Virus record (IMG/VR): IMGVR_UViG_3300027333_000001
From: a virus
Taxonomy: Duplodnaviria > Caudoviricetes
Direction: 5' to 3' (one strand)
DNA: 64,000 nt
Part shown: piece by piece, positions 63,901-64,000 of the stretch
How the letters are laid out: every line of letters begins with the position of its first letter
Position numbering within the stretch: the first letter of the stretch is position 1
The notes under the pieces: generated by a model
The model's input: only the letters and a program-made list of their open reading frames with translations
Database searches by the model: none
Told to the model about the DNA's origin: nothing
Translations under genes and position numbers: made by a program

Positions 63901-64000
63901 TGAAAGTTAAAGTACCACCTTCAGTGAAAGATGAGATATTATTGGTTTGTAGAGAAGTAGCAGTGAGTTCGCCTGTTGTATCGACCACAACATTAGTGAT
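60908..64000 (-). CDS. Long tail fibre protein (5' end beyond the window)
   Basis: Frame open to the right edge; ARTxLGL and IGTNVQAYDATL repeats; C-terminal NYTL...LTIP...FPVGTQI...QYS.ATL.K...W.LFGDL module. Confidence 0.8.
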   Translation of the reverse strand: MTNVVVDTTGELTATSLQTNNISSFTEGGTLTFNSPTNFDSIVNINDNLKLNSYGLDTVTLTLNHDDNPTITLDSQSGDVNITGTTNLETTSLNQGADVYGDLNINNNSNLTVFNDESQVVFSVNTASATTSVNGTLNIDDLILVDNISELTLNHGVYISNNTTINGSISTDAFDSSSSLTDISSTVTTITSNTINLVGYVSQIGDFDISGNFSIDGNFSINGTLSTLHSENLSVKDTLIVLNDEIGNANPVNDSGVIIDRGNQDNAGMFWSESQHKFAFITASSIDGTSVGNLLTTGGTVSYAGLLAGSIDLKDNVGDTIFSVDNAGDVHVYGDLIVDGGLTGNASTATAWASAMTLSLIGDVTGSVSFNGGTSPISMTTSLGTITLGTDTTGAYVESVSAGTGISISGTASIPVVDLATSGVNADTYKSVTVDTYGRVTAGTNPTSLSGYGITDAQPLDATLTALASVSTTANKLIYADGVDSFTTTDLSSFGRSLIDDADASASRSTLGLVIGTNVQAYDATLNALASVSTSANKLIYADGVDSFTTTDISAFGRGLIDDADASTARTTLGLGTASVENVTDLLTKAGNLSGLADTTTARSNLGLVIGTNVQAYDATLNALAGLTTVADQTIYSTGADTFAMTTLSSFGRSLIDDTDASTARTTLGLAIGTNVQAYDATLAGLASVTTSADTLIYANGVDTFTTTTLSSFARTLLDDADASTARSTLGLGTASTQSTSTFLQVANNLSDLNNAGTARTNLGLAIGTNVQAYDATLAGLASVSTSADTLIYATNVDTFTTTTITTFGRSLIDDADASTARTTLGLGTASTQSTGTFLQVANNLSDLNNASTARTNLGLGTIATQASSAFVDTTTSQSVGGTKTFTGDIAFSGSGKITLSSTSVATTQTALNNSTAIATTAYVQTATRVTTDQKTTNYTLVIGDEGKMIEFNSASNLTLTIPANSSVAFPVGTQILIARLGTGKVNVAITTDTLYSVSSNRYVASQYSGATLVKTTSTTWYLFGDLSAT
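61370..62640 (-). repeat. Tail-fibre shaft repeats
   Basis: Four IGTNVQAYDATL units plus several DDADASTARxxLGL and LQVANNLSDL units. Confidence 0.85.

Noticed and set aside
1-64000. tRNA/rRNA genes or an alternative genetic code
   Set aside because: No cloverleaf or rRNA-like GC-rich segment was recognised; conserved genes are full length under the standard code, with TAA, TAG and TGA all acting as stops.

Overview
This is a 64-kb, strongly AT-rich (roughly 30% GC by eye), densely coding segment of what is almost certainly a large (jumbo-type) bacteriophage genome. It uses the standard code and AAAGGA ribosome-binding sites. From left to right it holds: class Ia ribonucleotide reductase (nrdA 5'-truncated, nrdB); a recombination/replication cluster (RecD2-like helicase, SSB-like protein, RuvC-like resolvase, RecA, Mre11/SbcD, a Rad50/SbcC split into two separately promoted genes, Cas4-like PD-(D/E)xK nuclease, beta-clamp); a restriction-less type I hsdM plus half-size hsdS; a degenerate GroEL; an M15 peptidase; a free-standing GIY-YIG/NUMOD3 endonuclease; a zincin-containing large protein; a type IIG/ISP-like methyltransferase with an eroded nuclease domain; SspB; a DarG-like macrodomain; a DenV-like glycosylase; long arrays of small genes with paralog families; and, at the right end, tail-fibre/LamG/PA14 genes. 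I found no tRNA, rRNA, CRISPR array, intein or IS. The best second-look signals are: (1) a shared N-terminal basic leader ending in [KR]-x-[AS]-S on unrelated proteins, a possible virion-targeting or cleavage tag; (2) a phage HsdM with an N-terminal QVSLF clamp-binding-like motif near a phage clamp; (3) apparent purging of CCWGG, GCWGC, RCATGY and ATGCAT, strong enough to force rare codons and apparently amino-acid changes; (4) a candidate ~80-nt sRNA with a CUCUCUC loop next to the GIY-YIG gene, whose own RBS sits in a hairpin; (5) the split, asymmetric Rad50; (6) a bipartite ACTTGCAAT-N14-AGTGTTTAT motif in front of small-gene arrays. All counts are by-eye scans and no database searches were run.
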